Origin: Haliotis rubra
Taxonomy: Eukaryota
Direction of reading: 5' to 3'
Assembly (NCBI RefSeq): GCF_003918875.1
Contig: NW_025766670.1
Location: forward strand, 496,001-560,000
DNA length: 64,000 bases
In this document: positions 51,181 through 64,000 of the stretch, in pieces
How the letters are laid out: each line of letters begins with the position of its first letter
Numbering within the stretch: the first letter of the stretch is position 1
Notes under the pieces: model-generated
Databases searched by the model: none
The model's input: only the letters and a program-made list of their open reading frames with translations
What the model was told of the DNA's origin: nothing
Translations under genes and position numbers: made by a program

Positions 51181-51774
51181 ACGCCAGTCTTGCGATGTCA
51201 TGATGTCAACTCCAGGCGATTGTGATCCTTCCTTCTTTGTCACTGTTGGGGGTTGGAAGATGGGTTCAAGATGGGAAGGAGGAAAACCTTGAAGATGATC
51301 CAAGATCAGGATGAACTTCAACTGCTACCACCTGAGATTTATTGAATTAGATACATGGTATAGTGAATATGCTTGGTCGACGACACTGGACATAGACAAA
51401 ACCGTAGGCATTTCTCATGGGTCTTGAGCACAGTCAGAGGAATGAACTGGACATTGAGAAAGTGCTGGTCAGATAGTTCGAAGGCTTCTAATCAGTACAA
51501 GAGTATCAATTACAGACTAGAACAACCGTGGAAAGACCTGACGTCCGCTACCCAGTAGACTAAAAACTAGTCTCTGAAATGAACATATTTTACTGAAAAA
51601 AGGTCATAGTAAAAAAAAAAGAATATAATGAAAAGAAGCCCTGAGACTTTCTTCATTCCTGAAGCTGAGGAAATCTAGCCTTGCCACATTTTCTAGACTT
51701 GCGTGGTCTTTCTTGGATATATTTGTTTCAGGGTCTGTACGACAGACTAGCTGCCCAGAAGAAGGCAAAGTTAG

Positions 51775-54560
51775 CTTTATCAACTAGAGAGGTCTGTTCC
51801 ATGACCTGGCGATGTCTGTTCCATCAGCTAGATAGATCTGTTTCATCACCTGGAGAAGTCTGGTCAACGATGGAGATGGCTGTCCCATCAGCTTTAGAAG
51901 TTTGTTCAATCAGCTTGAGAGGTCTGTTCCATTAACTAGAGGGGTCTGTTCCATTAACTAGAGGGGTGTCTTCCATCAACTAGAGAGGTCTATTCCATCA
52001 ACAAGAGGTTTGTTCCATCAACTAGAGAGGTCTGTTTTATCAACTAAAGAGGTCAGTTCCATCAACTAGAGATGTCTGTTCCATCAACTAGAGATGTCTG
52101 TTTCATCAACTAGAGATGTCTGTTCCATCAACTAGAGAGGTCTGTTTCAGCAACTCGAGATGTCTGTTCCATCAACTAGAGGGGTCTGTTCCATCAACTA
52201 GAGATGTCTGTTTCATCAACTAAAGAGGTCTGTTTCATCACCGAGAACGGTCTGTTCCATCAACAAGAGAGGTCTGTTCCATCAACTAGAGGTTTGTTCC
52301 ATCAACTAGAGAGGTCTGTTTCATCAACTAAAGAGGTCAGTTCCATCAACTAGAGATGTCTGTTTTATCAACTAGAGAGGTCTGTTCTATCAACTAGAGA
52401 GGTCTGTTTCATCAACTAGAGAGGTCTGTTTTATCAACTAAAGGGGTCTGTTCCATCAACTAAAGGGGTCTGTTCCATCAACAAGAGAGGTCTGTTCCAT
52501 CAACTACAGAGGTCTGTTCCATTAACTAGAGAGGTCTGTTTCATCAACTCGAGATGTCTGTTCCATCAATTAGAGGGGTCTGTTCCATCAACTAAAGAGG
52601 TCTGTTTCATCAACTAAAGAGGTCTGCTTCATCAACGAGAAGGGTCTGTTCCATCAACAAGAGAGGTCTGTTTCATTAACTAAAGAGGTCAGTTCCATCA
52701 ACTAGAGATGTCTGTTTCATCAACTAGAGAGGTCTGTTCTATCAACAAGAGAGGTCAGTTTCATCTACTAGAGATGTCTGTTCCATCAACTAGAGATGTT
52801 TATTCCATCAACTAGAGATGTCTGTTTCATCAACTAGAGATGTCTGTTCCATCAACTAGAGAGGTCTGTTCCATCAACTAAAGGGGTCTGTTCTATCAAC
52901 TAGAGAGGTCTGTTTCATCTTCTAGAGAGGTCTGTTCCAGCAACTAGAGAGGTCTGTTTCATCAACTAGAGATGTCTGTTCCATCAACTAGAGAGGTCTG
53001 TTCCATCAACTAGAGAGGTCTGTTCCATCAACTAGAGAGGTCTGTTTCATCAACTAGATAGGTCTGTTCCATCAACTAGAGAGGTCTGTTCTATCAACTA
53101 GAGAGGTCTGTTTCATCAACTAAAGGGGTCTGTTCTATCAACTAGAGGGGTCTGTTCTATCAACTAGAGATGTCTGTTTCATCAACTAGGGAGGTCTGTT
53201 CCATTAACTAGAGAGGTCTGTTCCATCAACTAGAGAGGTCTGTTCCATCAACTAGAGATGTCTGTTTCATTAACTAGAGATTTCTGTTCCATCAACTTGA
53301 GATGTCTGTTTCATCAACTAGAGATGTCTGTTCCATTAACTAGAGAGGTCTGTTCTATCAACTAGAGAGGTCTGTTCTATCAACTAGAGATGTCTGTTCC
53401 ATCAACTAAAGAGGTCTGTTTCATCAACGAGAAGGGTCTGTTCCATCAACAGGAGAGGTCTGTTCCATCAACAAGAGATGTCTGTTTCATCAACTAGAGA
53501 GGTCTGTTCTATCAAGTAGAGATGTCTGTTTCATCAACTAGAGATGTCTGTTCCATCAACTAGAGATGTTTGTTCCATCAACTAGAGATGTCTGTTTCAT
53601 CAACTAGAGATGTCTGTTCCATTAACTAGAGAGGTCTGTTCTATCAACTAGAGAGGTCTGTTCTATCAACTAGAGATGTCTGTTCCATCAACTAAAGAGG
53701 TCTGTTTCATCAACTCGAGATGTCTGTTCCATCAATTAGAGGGGTCTGTTCCATCAACTAGAGAGGTCTGTTTCATCAACTAAAGAGGTCTGCTTCATCA
53801 ACGAGAAGGGTCTGTTCCATCAACAAGAGAGGTCTGTTTCATTAACTAAAGAGGTCAGTTCCATCAACTAGAGATGTCTGTTTCATCAACTAGAGAGGTC
53901 TGTTCTATCAACAAGAGAGGTCAGTTTCATCTACTAGAGATGTCTGTTCCATCAACTAGAGATGTTTATTCCATCAACTAGAGATGTCTGTTTCATCAAC
54001 TAGAGATGTCTGTTCCATCAACTAGAGAGGTCTGTTCCATCAACTAAAGGGGTCTGTTCTATCAACTAGAGAGGTCTGTTCCATCAACTAGAGAGGTCTG
54101 TTCCATCAACTAGAGAGGTCTGTTCCATCAACTAGAGGTTTGTTCCATCAACTAGAGAGGTCTGTTCCATTAACTAGAAGGGTGTCTTCCATCAACTAGA
54201 GGGGTCTGTTCCATCAACTAGAGGGGTCTGTTCCATCAACTAGAGATGTCTGTTCCATCAACTAAAGGAGTATGTTCGATCAACTAGAGAGATCTGTTCC
54301 ATCAACTAGAAAGGTCTGTTCCATCAACTAGAGGGGTCTGTTCCACCAACTAGAGAGGTCTGTTCCATCAATCAGGGGGGTCTGTTTCATCAACTAGAGA
54401 GGTCTGTTACATCAACTAGAGATGTCTGTTCCATCAACTAGAGAGGTCTGTTCCATCAACTAGAGAGATCTGTTTCATCAACTAAAGAGGTCTGTTCCAT
54501 CAACTAGAGAGGTCTGTTCCATCAACGAGAGAATGTTCCATCAGCTGGAGAGGTTCTTTT
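51775..54560. repeat. 22-bp satellite, ~125 copies
   Basis: Unit TCTGTTCCATCAACTAGAGAGG. Confidence 0.98.
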
Positions 54561-55293
54561 CCAGAAAGGGAAGGTGAAGGGTTTCAGAGATTCTTAAGGA
54601 ATAACCTTCATGGAAAATCACCTGTGGAGAGACAAACTGCCTAAGTTAATGAGTTGAGCAACTGTGTCTGAAACGCTTCTCAGAGAGTTAGCTGGACTCC
54701 CATACAAGTAACACAGACTCTCACAAGAATAATGGCGACTCTCATCAAATAAACATTGTAATAAGACTGCCTCTTTAGAAAGTAATACTGACTGTCTTCA
54801 AATATTACTCTCTTGAATGCTATGTCGATTCTTGAATGAACACATACTGCCCTTGAAGAGAGTTGCTGATACCACAAACCGAACCATCACAAATATATAA
54901 ATCAAAGAATCCTCTACAAATGCATTCTGTATGACATATTGTGTTTCCTCGAAGCAGTGATTTATCCATTTTTCAATCTCCAAATTGGATGTAGGTCCTC
55001 CATCATTCCCACTTGTTATCTGCAGCCTGCAGCCTGCAGCCTGTTGTCTTTACGCATCCTCCTTGGCGACACACACGGACCCCAACAGCGTAGAGGGAGA
55101 CGTGCGTGCGTGCGTGTGGGGAGTCACACTGTCATGTTTCCTGACTTGGCTGATAACAGCACTGATGAGACCTGCTATGCGTTGTTATGCCAGTGTTTCG
55201 TAATGATAACAACAGCTTCCTTTTGTATGTTTATCATAAATTAACAGCCTTTGAAGTTGTTGTTGTTGTTGTTGTTGTTGACATATGTATATA

Positions 55294-55999
55294 CACTAAA
55301 CGCCAAAAAGAAACGTTACCCTCCTTCCTTAATGACGGAGGTACCTATCTACAGCTGGCGTTGTGATGCGTTGACGTCCATTTCTCGGTCTGTCTACGGT
55401 GACCCCAGTCTGTCTGAAGCCCTGAATAAGTCTTATACACGTGAAATGGATGCAAATACTGCTTGGATATTGCTGCGTTTTGGCGATTGATATTTCTATA
55501 TGTAAACAGCAAATGGAAAAATGTTACTTTGCAAGTAAAAATGTTAACAAAGGTAATTTTAGATGTTCCTAAGCATTTTTTCACAATATCAAAGACACGT
55601 TTTACTTGTTTTCACTAATGCAAATTAGCAGACAATGTTTTAAAAGACTGAAATCATAGGAGTGATTATTTAACAAGTTTACACACTCTACAATAGTTGT
55701 TTCTTAGTTGTAAAATGGTGACTTTAAATTGTTTATCTTTGTCTTCATCCGTTCTTTTGGACATCTAAATCAGTGTTGTTTGGTTTATTTCGGCAAGGAC
55801 GAAAATAGGACAATTTAATGCTTCTGCAAAAGATGCATTTCACCTAAATATGAATGCATTTGAGATGGGTTTTTTTTCGTGATTTGCATAAAGCTGTGTT
55901 GTTAAACTTTCTTCTTAACTAATACCTTCTAACATATCTTTGATAGTTTTGAAGTAATTCATAAAGGTAGGAGGGTAACGTTTCTTTTGGCGCTTAGTG
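55294..55999. mobile_element. Non-autonomous Tc1/mariner-type element (MITE family 4)
   Basis: ~31-bp TIRs CACTAAACGCCAAAAAGAAACGTTACCCTCCT / AGGAGGGTAACGTTTCTTTTGGCGCTTAGTG, TA on both sides, no transposase. Confidence 0.88.
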
Positions 56000-56502
56000 T
56001 ATACAGGTAGAGATTATTGTGGCATGGGTTTATATTAGTCATTTTGTTTTAGATTTAAATTCTATTTTAGATTTGAAACAGGGAAAAATGGTCGAATATA
56101 CGCAGTCAAACAACTGTTCGAATTACACGAAAGAATGCAGTCTTAAGAAGAGCAGAAGTCAGTAAAAACACCTTTGTTCATCGTTAGGCAGGTTTCAGTT
56201 TGTGTCCTCGCAGCGTGACGTTGCTCGTCGATTTAACGACCACAGAAACATCCTTTAGCACTGATAGCTACGTTTTCAGCATAACATTCAATCAGATTAT
56301 AGACCGTCCCCGTAGAGGCTGCCCGCCAATAACGACCTCACGACCAATGGATTCGAACCACACACCTCGACACAGGTTCCAGACAGTAACACTGACAGCC
56401 CGTACCAAACTTGGCACCATAGGTGTTTCTGTGAGAACAGTTCCACGACGTTTATGGGATTGTTCTGGGCTCTATTATGATTCATTGTAGATTATGTGTA
56501 TT

Positions 56503-56702
56503 TTAAATCAGAACTATATTTTCTTTGACCAAATATCACTGGAGTCATTTCTGGTAGTCCATGGCTAGATATTGCTGGAATATTGCCTTCAACGCGTAAA
56601 ATTGAACTCAGCCAGTCATATTCAAATCAGAACTATATTTTCTGTGACCAAATATGAGTGGAGTCAACTGCCATGGCTACAGTTTGACTATTGCCTTCAA
56701 CG
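56503..56702. repeat. Diverged tandem duplication (copies ~120 bp apart)
   Basis: AAATCAGAACTATATTTTCT.TGACCAAATAT...CCATGGCTA...TATTGCCTTCAACGC occurs twice. Confidence 0.75.
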
Positions 56703-56866
56703 CAGACAGCCTCGAAACCAGACCTTCATTATGAGATATCCAACTGTTTCCAAACTTGAGTACTTAATGTATTCCATCATAGTCTGGCTGTTCCGCTAAC
56801 CCTCGTACCATGAGAGTGCACATGCAGATAACCCCGCTATTTAACATCGAGATGAAATGACATAAT

Positions 56867-57099
56867 GAGTGAGTGGGTTTAGTTTTACGCCGCACTTAGC
56901 AATATTCCAGCTATGTGGCCGTCTGTAAATAATCGAGTCTGGACCAGACAATCCAGTGATCAACAGTATGAACATCGATCTACGCAATTGGGATACGATG
57001 ACATGTGTCAACCAAGTCAGTGAGCCTGAACATGCGACTCCGTTAGTCGCCTCTTACGACAAGCATGGGTTATTGCAATTCTAACCTGGATCTTCAAGG
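56867..57099 (-). mobile_element. SINE family B, near full length
   Basis: Family match; ATAATGA on both flanks. Confidence 0.88.
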
Positions 57100-59056
57100 A
57101 TAATGACATCAGATTCATATGGGGATTTTTAACTGTCATATCCGCACCCGTTAGTCTCATCTAAAGACGTTGACGTGCTGTGACACATCAGGCAAAGTAG
57201 ACTGACAGCCAAAAACATAACTTTACCTTAGATATAAATCAATTTAGTTTTAATNNNNNNNNNNNNNNNNNNNNNNNNNNNNNNNNNNNNNNNNNNNNNN
57301 NNNNNNNNNNNNNNNNNNNNNNNNNNNNNNNNNNNNNNNNNNNNNNNNNNNNNNNNNNNNNNNNNNNNNNNNNNNNNNNNNNNNNNNNNNNNNNNNNNNN
57401 NNNNNNNNNNNNNNNNNNNATAGCAATGGATATTGGCATGATAGAAATATGGATAGCATAACAATATATCATCTAAATAGAAAAAATCGACTGTCATTAG
57501 TGAAGACGGCCCTCTGCCAGTCACGTCGCTGCCAACGACGTAGAGTGAAGGCCCATTACCGCTGACTACGATCTGCACTGTCAATAACTGCTGTTTTCAT
57601 GTTCTTCAAGATCCCTACACCCATTTACTGATTTAGCCCTGAGTCGCCTTGCAAGGCATTTGTCGCCCATGACGTCACTGTGAAGAATCGGATCCGGGTG
57701 TGCAAAATACGCAAGTACCCGTGTTCATTGGGGTAGTTACATTGGATCTGTCTGCTCGTTCTGTCAGTAACGTCGCTTTATTTTAATTAAAGTAACACAT
57801 GTTCTAGCAATGTGGGCATGGGTGGCTCTCGTCCGAATAATACCCAGGGCCAATTCGCGTTGTTTGGTTGTCGGTCGCGGCATTTCAGTGGTGGTCATCA
57901 GCGTGGGTGTATCTACACGCCGTCCGTGTCATATATATATTCCCAGGCGCCATGTGGCTGGCATTGTGTTACACTGTCTACACAAAAAATATGTTCCTTA
58001 TATGTATATCACTTTCTACAAAGAACGTTGTTGTCTCTGGACGATATATTTTCCTTTGATTTCGTTTGATTGTGTTTCCAATTTTTGCAATGTCAATTTA
58101 AAGGTGGTCAACTTTCTTTTAGCCGTCGGTATATTTAAAGTCGCTGAAATTTTATATATTGTACAAGTCTTTGGAAATCTCAAACAAAATGCATGAAAAA
58201 ATAATTGGTAAATCTCTTTTAATACATTCAATGAAAACAATATCCATTTAATCAGCAAGTTCAGACTGGCCCTTCCACGGGGTAAACAAAGTCTGCACGA
58301 TCCATGTCATTATCGTTGCAGGCTCTTAGATCAAAGAAACATACTGCTTTATACAACAGACGGCAGCGGGGATCGATGGAGTATACGTCAAATATTGGGA
58401 GCTATAAAGGTAGAAATATTCCTGAATAATGTCCGGACGAATCTCCACCTCAAAAGTAAAGATATGAAAGATGTCTTGAGAAATAAGTGGCGCACCATTC
58501 CATCCGAAACCGGAATTATGGCGAATTCAGTCGCCTAATTTGAATAATAAGTGGAAAGGAATCGACTGGCCCCGGTATAATCGCCACTATTTCCTCCCTC
58601 CTCCGTCAGAAGCAAGAAATCTGAACGTAAACCTCGGCGTGCCTCCAGTATTGATGGCAGATACTGCCAAATGGTTATGGCATTTTAATAAGCTTGTCTG
58701 CCATGACTATCATTTCCCTGCTATGAACATTCCAGAATAAATATCTAAATCGCTTTGTAATACGTTTCGATTCATATCCGTCGTTCAATCTTCGAGATGT
58801 TCTTATCTCAGGTTTCGCTGTAAGTTAGCGGTGTGGTTCTATGGGCGGGGACGGCAGCAGCAGTGTGAACGACTTCACTTGAGAGCAGCGTCATTAGCGG
58901 CAGCGGAAGCAATACATGTCAACTGATATCTCTGACAATGATGACGGGAAGTTTTGCTAACGATCCGAAGTTTCTTCCAGATTATTCGATATTTGACTAA
59001 TTTGGGAGCGTCACTGAAGCCAAGGGAACGACATTCACAGCATCATGGAGTGAGAA

Positions 59057-59340
59057 TCACTGTATCATAGTGGGAGGGGGCACTGTATCAGGGAAAGGGG
59101 AAGGGGGCACTGTATCAGGGAAGGGGGGGAGGCGGCACTGTATCAGGGAAAGGGGAGGGAGGGGCACTGTATCAGGGAAAGGCGGAGGGACGGGGGCACT
59201 GTGTCAGGGGGGGGGAGGGGAGGGGCACTGTATCAGGGAAAGGGGAGGGGAGGCGGCACTGTATCAGGGAAAGGGGGAAGGGGCACTGTATCCGAGACAG
59301 GGTGACACTGTATCAGACAGGGTGACACTGTATCAGGGAG
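59057..59340. repeat. G-rich ~27-bp minisatellite
   Basis: Unit GGGGCACTGTATCAGGGAAAGGGGA(GG). Confidence 0.9.
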
Positions 59341-59343
59341 AAG

Positions 59344-59506
59344 TGAGTGAGTGAGTTTAGTTTTACGCCACTTTTAGAAACATTCTAGTAATATCACGGC
59401 GGGGGACACCAGAAATGGGCTTCACACATGAACCCATGTAGGAAATCGAACCCGGGTCTTCGACTTGATGAGCGAGCGTTTTAACCACTAGGCTACCCCA
59501 CCGCCC
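59344..59506 (-). mobile_element. Full-length SINE family A
   Basis: A/B boxes, tail, perfect 11-bp TSD TCAGGGAGAAG (59333-59343, 59507-59517). Confidence 0.92.
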
Positions 59507-60151
59507 TCAGGGAGAAGATGAAACTCCCTGCTTAATCATTTCTTTTTAAAAGGATTTCTTCCGCGATTGCTTGGAAGTTGAAATGTCTGAACGTCACCCC
59601 AGTATATCCAGTGATGGCAGTAATATGTGCACTATGTACACAGTAACCAAGTGATAGGGAAATGTAGATACTCCTTCAGTAAATGAACGAACAAGTATGT
59701 GTTTAGTTGTCAATGGCTGCAGTGTCTGACGAGGCTTTGCTCGGTGCGGGTGTATTAGTGTATGTGCGCATGCATTTTGTAAATCTCACCTCAGGCGACT
59801 GGTGAAATCGGTGGTCCAACAATCGGTATCATTGCCGTGTTTGATGTCTGTGGCGGGCAGGCGCACATTTAATACATGGTTGCCTGGCCCCAGACGGGCG
59901 AGATTGCATTGTCGGGGGATATTATTGTAATGATATTCATAGCGTGGTGTCGAGTGACAGGCCGGCCAATCGAGGCTTCATTGACAATACACGTTACTCA
60001 ATGATCATAGAAAATGAGAAAATATAATTGATAAGTTCCAGATGGTAACTACCCCACACACAGACATTGTTATGTATCCCTGGCTGAAATATTCACTAAT
60101 GTCAGCATTTTATTCGATGCCATAGCTTTATTTTCGGTGGCAGGCTAGCCC

Positions 60152-60356
60152 TGAGTGAGTGAGTTTAGTTTTACGCCGCACTCAGCAATATCCCAGCTAT
60201 ATGGCGGCGGTCTGTAAATAATCGAGTCCGGACCAGACAATACAGTGATCAACAGCATGAGCATCGATCTGCGCAATTGGGAACCGATGACATGTGTCAT
60301 CCAAGTCAGCGAAACTGACCACCCGATCCCGTTAGTCGCCTCTTACGACAAGCATA
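60152..60356 (-). mobile_element. SINE family B lacking the first ~35 nt
   Basis: High-identity family match. Confidence 0.88.
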
Positions 60357-61661
60357 GTCGCCTTTTATAGGTTGGAGTGTTTGATTTATATCTACGCCCG
60401 TGGTTCGAGTCACAGCATCAGTTAATTCTTATTGTTTTAGACGTGTTTCAATAGCTTAACAAATTAGCCGCAATTTTCTGTTTAGAGTTGCCTCCCTTAT
60501 GAATGTCGGGATTCTAAGATCGTGGGTTCTCCCTGATACTTATTCTTGCTTTGTCACCGTCGTACTACCGCCCTTGTTACAAGCGACGGGGTACAATGTT
60601 TCTTTGTATTTTCGTCGATTGCTATACTTCTACACATGCTACTTCATATTGTCGACCCTGTATCCTTTGGATTGACCTGGGAAGCTTGGCGGAATGTTGT
60701 TCGGCGAGTATGGATGTATCTATGAGGTAATACCCTCGTCCCATTGTAACTTACCCGTTACTATGGTTACACTTTGTCGCGTGCAGTGTACCTGATACTT
60801 TCCACACCACCGTAAACAGTTCTTCATAACTTCTAGTGACCAGCTAGAACCGAGTCTCTCCGTGACAATCTTCTCCATCAACTGAACGGTAATTAGGCAT
60901 CTTAAAAGTCGTCTGTCTTGTGTGACACACGCAGTAGATCTATTAGTGCAGAGCCTGGTATGTCCCCGATCTGTGTGTCGTCTGCGAGCTGTCTAAAACC
61001 GCCGCCATCTTGAATCAGACGATAGTGAAATCAACGAAACCTGTAATTAACCGAGTTTACACTGCTGCATGTGGTCGAGGCCGGCAGCGACATCATTACA
61101 ACCTTGGCGTTCCATCACTGCCGTGGCAGCCAACATGGTATTGTTGGGGATGTGTAATAGTGATCACAGAGCCCCGGACGGAGACACAGAAAGGGCGTGG
61201 CCATCATGGCGTCAGGGCACGCCGGCAGCAGGCAGAGAACAGTCGGACGAGCATAACGTGCCCAGGTGAAGCCTGCATCAGCTGTATCCAATGGCATCAC
61301 CCAGTACATATGCTAAATGATAACGTCTCTGACAAAGGAGAGTAAAATATTTTAATAGTTATCGCACTACTCATCCCTTCATCCATTTTCTATGTACAAG
61401 GGAGTTAAAACTTAGCAACTTGTTATAAACCAATGTTATAAATACTGACTGAAACGACTATGTTTACCATCTTAAATGTTCTCTTCAGATCCTCTCAAAT
61501 CTCTGTTAATATGAACATAGACATAAATCTGGAATGTTCTTTTTTGGCATACTTTCTAGGTCTCCATCGTAAGGTTTCGCTAATCAACGTAATATTGCTG
61601 TGAAAGCTGCCCCAGGTAATGACTGTTTGTTACAATCAAATAGTCATGCTACACGATAAAT

Positions 61662-61889
61662 GACCCTTGAAGATCCGGGTTAGAGTTTGTATTCACCAAT
61701 CCATGCTTGTCGTACGGATCGGGTTGTCAGGCTCGCCGATGTGGTAGACACACGTCATCGTATCCCAGTTGCGTTGATCGATGCTCATGTTGTTGATCAC
61801 TGGATTGTCTGGTCCAGACTCGGTTATTTACATACTGTCGCCATATTGCTGGAATATTGCTGAGTGTGGCGTTAAACAACCAACCAACC
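61662..61889 (+). mobile_element. SINE family B, (CCAA)n tail
   Basis: GACCCTTGAAGATCCGGGTTAG...GGCGTTAAACAACCAACCAACC. Confidence 0.85.
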
Positions 61890-62154
61890 TGATTACAGTA
61901 AATCCCCAGGTCGTCTACCCAGTAGATGTAGGTAATTTATCTTCGTTAGGTGGACGAGTCGTGGCTGGGCTACTTGCATGTCACAGTGTTCCAGCAGGTT
62001 GATACAAAGGACATACTACAAACACTGGTGCGCCTGATCCAGATTCGATCACTTCAAGATCGTCATATAGCTAAAACATTCTCCGATGTTAAACAACACT
62101 CGCTTCACAGTTTCACCCAGTATGGTCAGTGGGTCAGTAGAGACAGTTGACGTG

Positions 62155-62267
62155 CAGGGCCCCGTTCCTCAAAGCGATCGTAGCGCTAAGGTGATCGTAA
62201 CTCCCATACTTTAACACAGACCTACGACTGTCGTAGCGCTACGATCGCTTTGAGGAACGGGGTCCTG
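62155..62267. mobile_element. Palindromic MITE (possibly PIF/Harbinger-type)
   Basis: ~34-bp TIR CAGGGCCCCGTTCCTCAAAGCGATCGTAGCGCTA with 1 mismatch. Confidence 0.8.
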
Positions 62268-63302
62268 GTTGGGATTCAACCGTCAGAGAGGATCCGCGAG
62301 CTACGGTTGCCTGGTTTCGTGTGTCGGCATATACCCGTACACCCTAAAACTGCCACCCACCCACAGAGCACCCTGTCATCTGTCAACTGTGTTTGCTGCA
62401 CCATTAATCTCTATTTAGTTTCTTTCTTCGTGCTCGCGCTCGGTTAAGTAATCTCACCAGTGTTTTTGTTGCTGACAGCTGGGTTGAAGCGAGAGTTTTT
62501 GAGCGCCCATACTTGAATGACACTCCGTTACGTAACATAGTATGTGTATTTCAAGATGGCTGCCTACTGAGTGTCATCCATCTTGTAATTGGTAGTACTA
62601 GACGTACAACTAATCAGGATAAACCCCGAGGGGGTCATCGTGAAGTGGGTGTGCTCATTGTGGCGAAACAATGACGGCAGTATTGAGGAAACACTTAAGT
62701 GAAGCGTTTGTTCACAGGGAGCTTGAATTATGGATGGGAGGATTTTTATGGGATTGTCGATCAAAGGTATTTAAATTTTCCTGCTTGGTTTGATGAATTC
62801 CCGTTTCATTCTAACAATACCCTCTGTAATCTCGTGACAATGGATGACGGATACTGGTAACGTTCGAATTCATATATCTTCCTTCAGCAAACATCAGCAC
62901 ATTCATNNNNNNNNNNNNNNNNNNNNNNNNNNNNNNNNNNNNNNNNNNNNNNNNNNNNNNNNNNNNNNNNNNNNNNNNNNNNNNNNNNNNNNNNNNNNNN
63001 NNNNNNNNNNNNNNNNNNNNNNNNNNNNNNNNNNNNNNNNNNNNNNNNNNNNNNNNNNNNNNNNNNNNNNNNNNNNNNNNNNNNNNNNNNNNNNNNNNNN
63101 NNNNNNNNNNNNNNNNNNNNNNNNNTTTATCAAATTATTATAACAAAATGTAGTATATTCGTTTGAATACATCCATTGGAGCATATCTATACAGACTTCA
63201 AAACCAGTCGTTGTATGGAGCGTTTCTGGGACTGGCGAGTACCCTGTGTTTGCCGCGAAGACTTTGCATGTTAACACATCAATGTTTACTTCTGTTTGGT
63301 TT

Positions 63303-63575
63303 GGCGGTGGGGTGAGTGGCCTAGTTGTTTCAGTCCCAGCAATTCATCGTGCCGGTTTGCGTCCCTCGTGCCTTCATGAACCGCAGATTTCTTTGAGAAT
63401 GTTTCGGGGGTTGTCTACACCATGCCACGCTCGTGGGTTCCACCAAAATGGTAACCCTGTATCAGCCCTGTATCACAGAGGCCCTTCAGTCAGCTGACAC
63501 GGTGCTGTGCTATAACTGAAATATCGTTCAAAGCGTCGTTAAAGAAACCTCCCCCCCCCCCCCTCACTCACTCAC
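63303..63575 (+). mobile_element. Old SINE-like element with the same tail class
   Basis: A-box-like TGGCCTAGTTG at the start; TATAACTGAAATATCGTT...GTTAAA...(CACT)n at the end; body unlike A or B. Confidence 0.4.
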
Positions 63576-64000
63576 CGACACAGTGGCCTGGCTACTCGAT
63601 GTTTTACCCCACTCTGTAACAAAGGCAACAACATTTGGATTACCTCCTCAGTACACTATTTGGTGACAGTTATCTGACACAACAAACTGTACTATAATCA
63701 GGGAGACTCTATAGTATCCCTGCTATAATGGACGACGGTGTGACTGACAGAAGGAGAGCATCGCTGCCCGTGTCAGCTGTTTGTGACTAAATATTGCGTT
63801 GGACGTCAAGTTAATTTCTTGGTTGTTTCATATACCTGATAACCGACACTGTTTCCTTTCAAACTTCTCTTTTAACTCCGTCTCCATCTCGTAAACAGTC
63901 GTAGCTGGGCTTCAGAGTGAATGGCGCAACCGTCGTATCCCTGCAGGTGCGCGGTACCACGCAGAGCCGGTAATAGCGCAATAATCGCAGTATCAATAAA

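Overview
Repeat-dominated eukaryotic (animal) DNA. No host protein-coding gene, rRNA, true tRNA or CRISPR array could be supported. The SINE sequences resemble those I associate with molluscan, probably abalone-like, genomes (inference only). Much of the window is tandem repeat: about 18 distinct mini/satellite arrays with units of 15-143 bp, several with higher-order structure. The rest holds two SINE families with a shared 3' tail, one near-complete decayed Tc1 transposon, a second Tc1 remnant, several TA-flanked MITEs, 3' fragments of LINEs and Penelope-like palindromes. Nearly all long ORFs in the track are artefacts of tandem repeats or N runs. The best leads are (i) a SINE with no tRNA head whose 5' ~70 nt can fold into a nested pseudoknot, (ii) palindromes carrying a hammerhead-like core, (iii) nested Tc1-in-LINE and LINE-in-SINE insertions at 31.4-33.9 kb, and (iv) a G4-prone MITE captured and amplified inside a 58-bp satellite.
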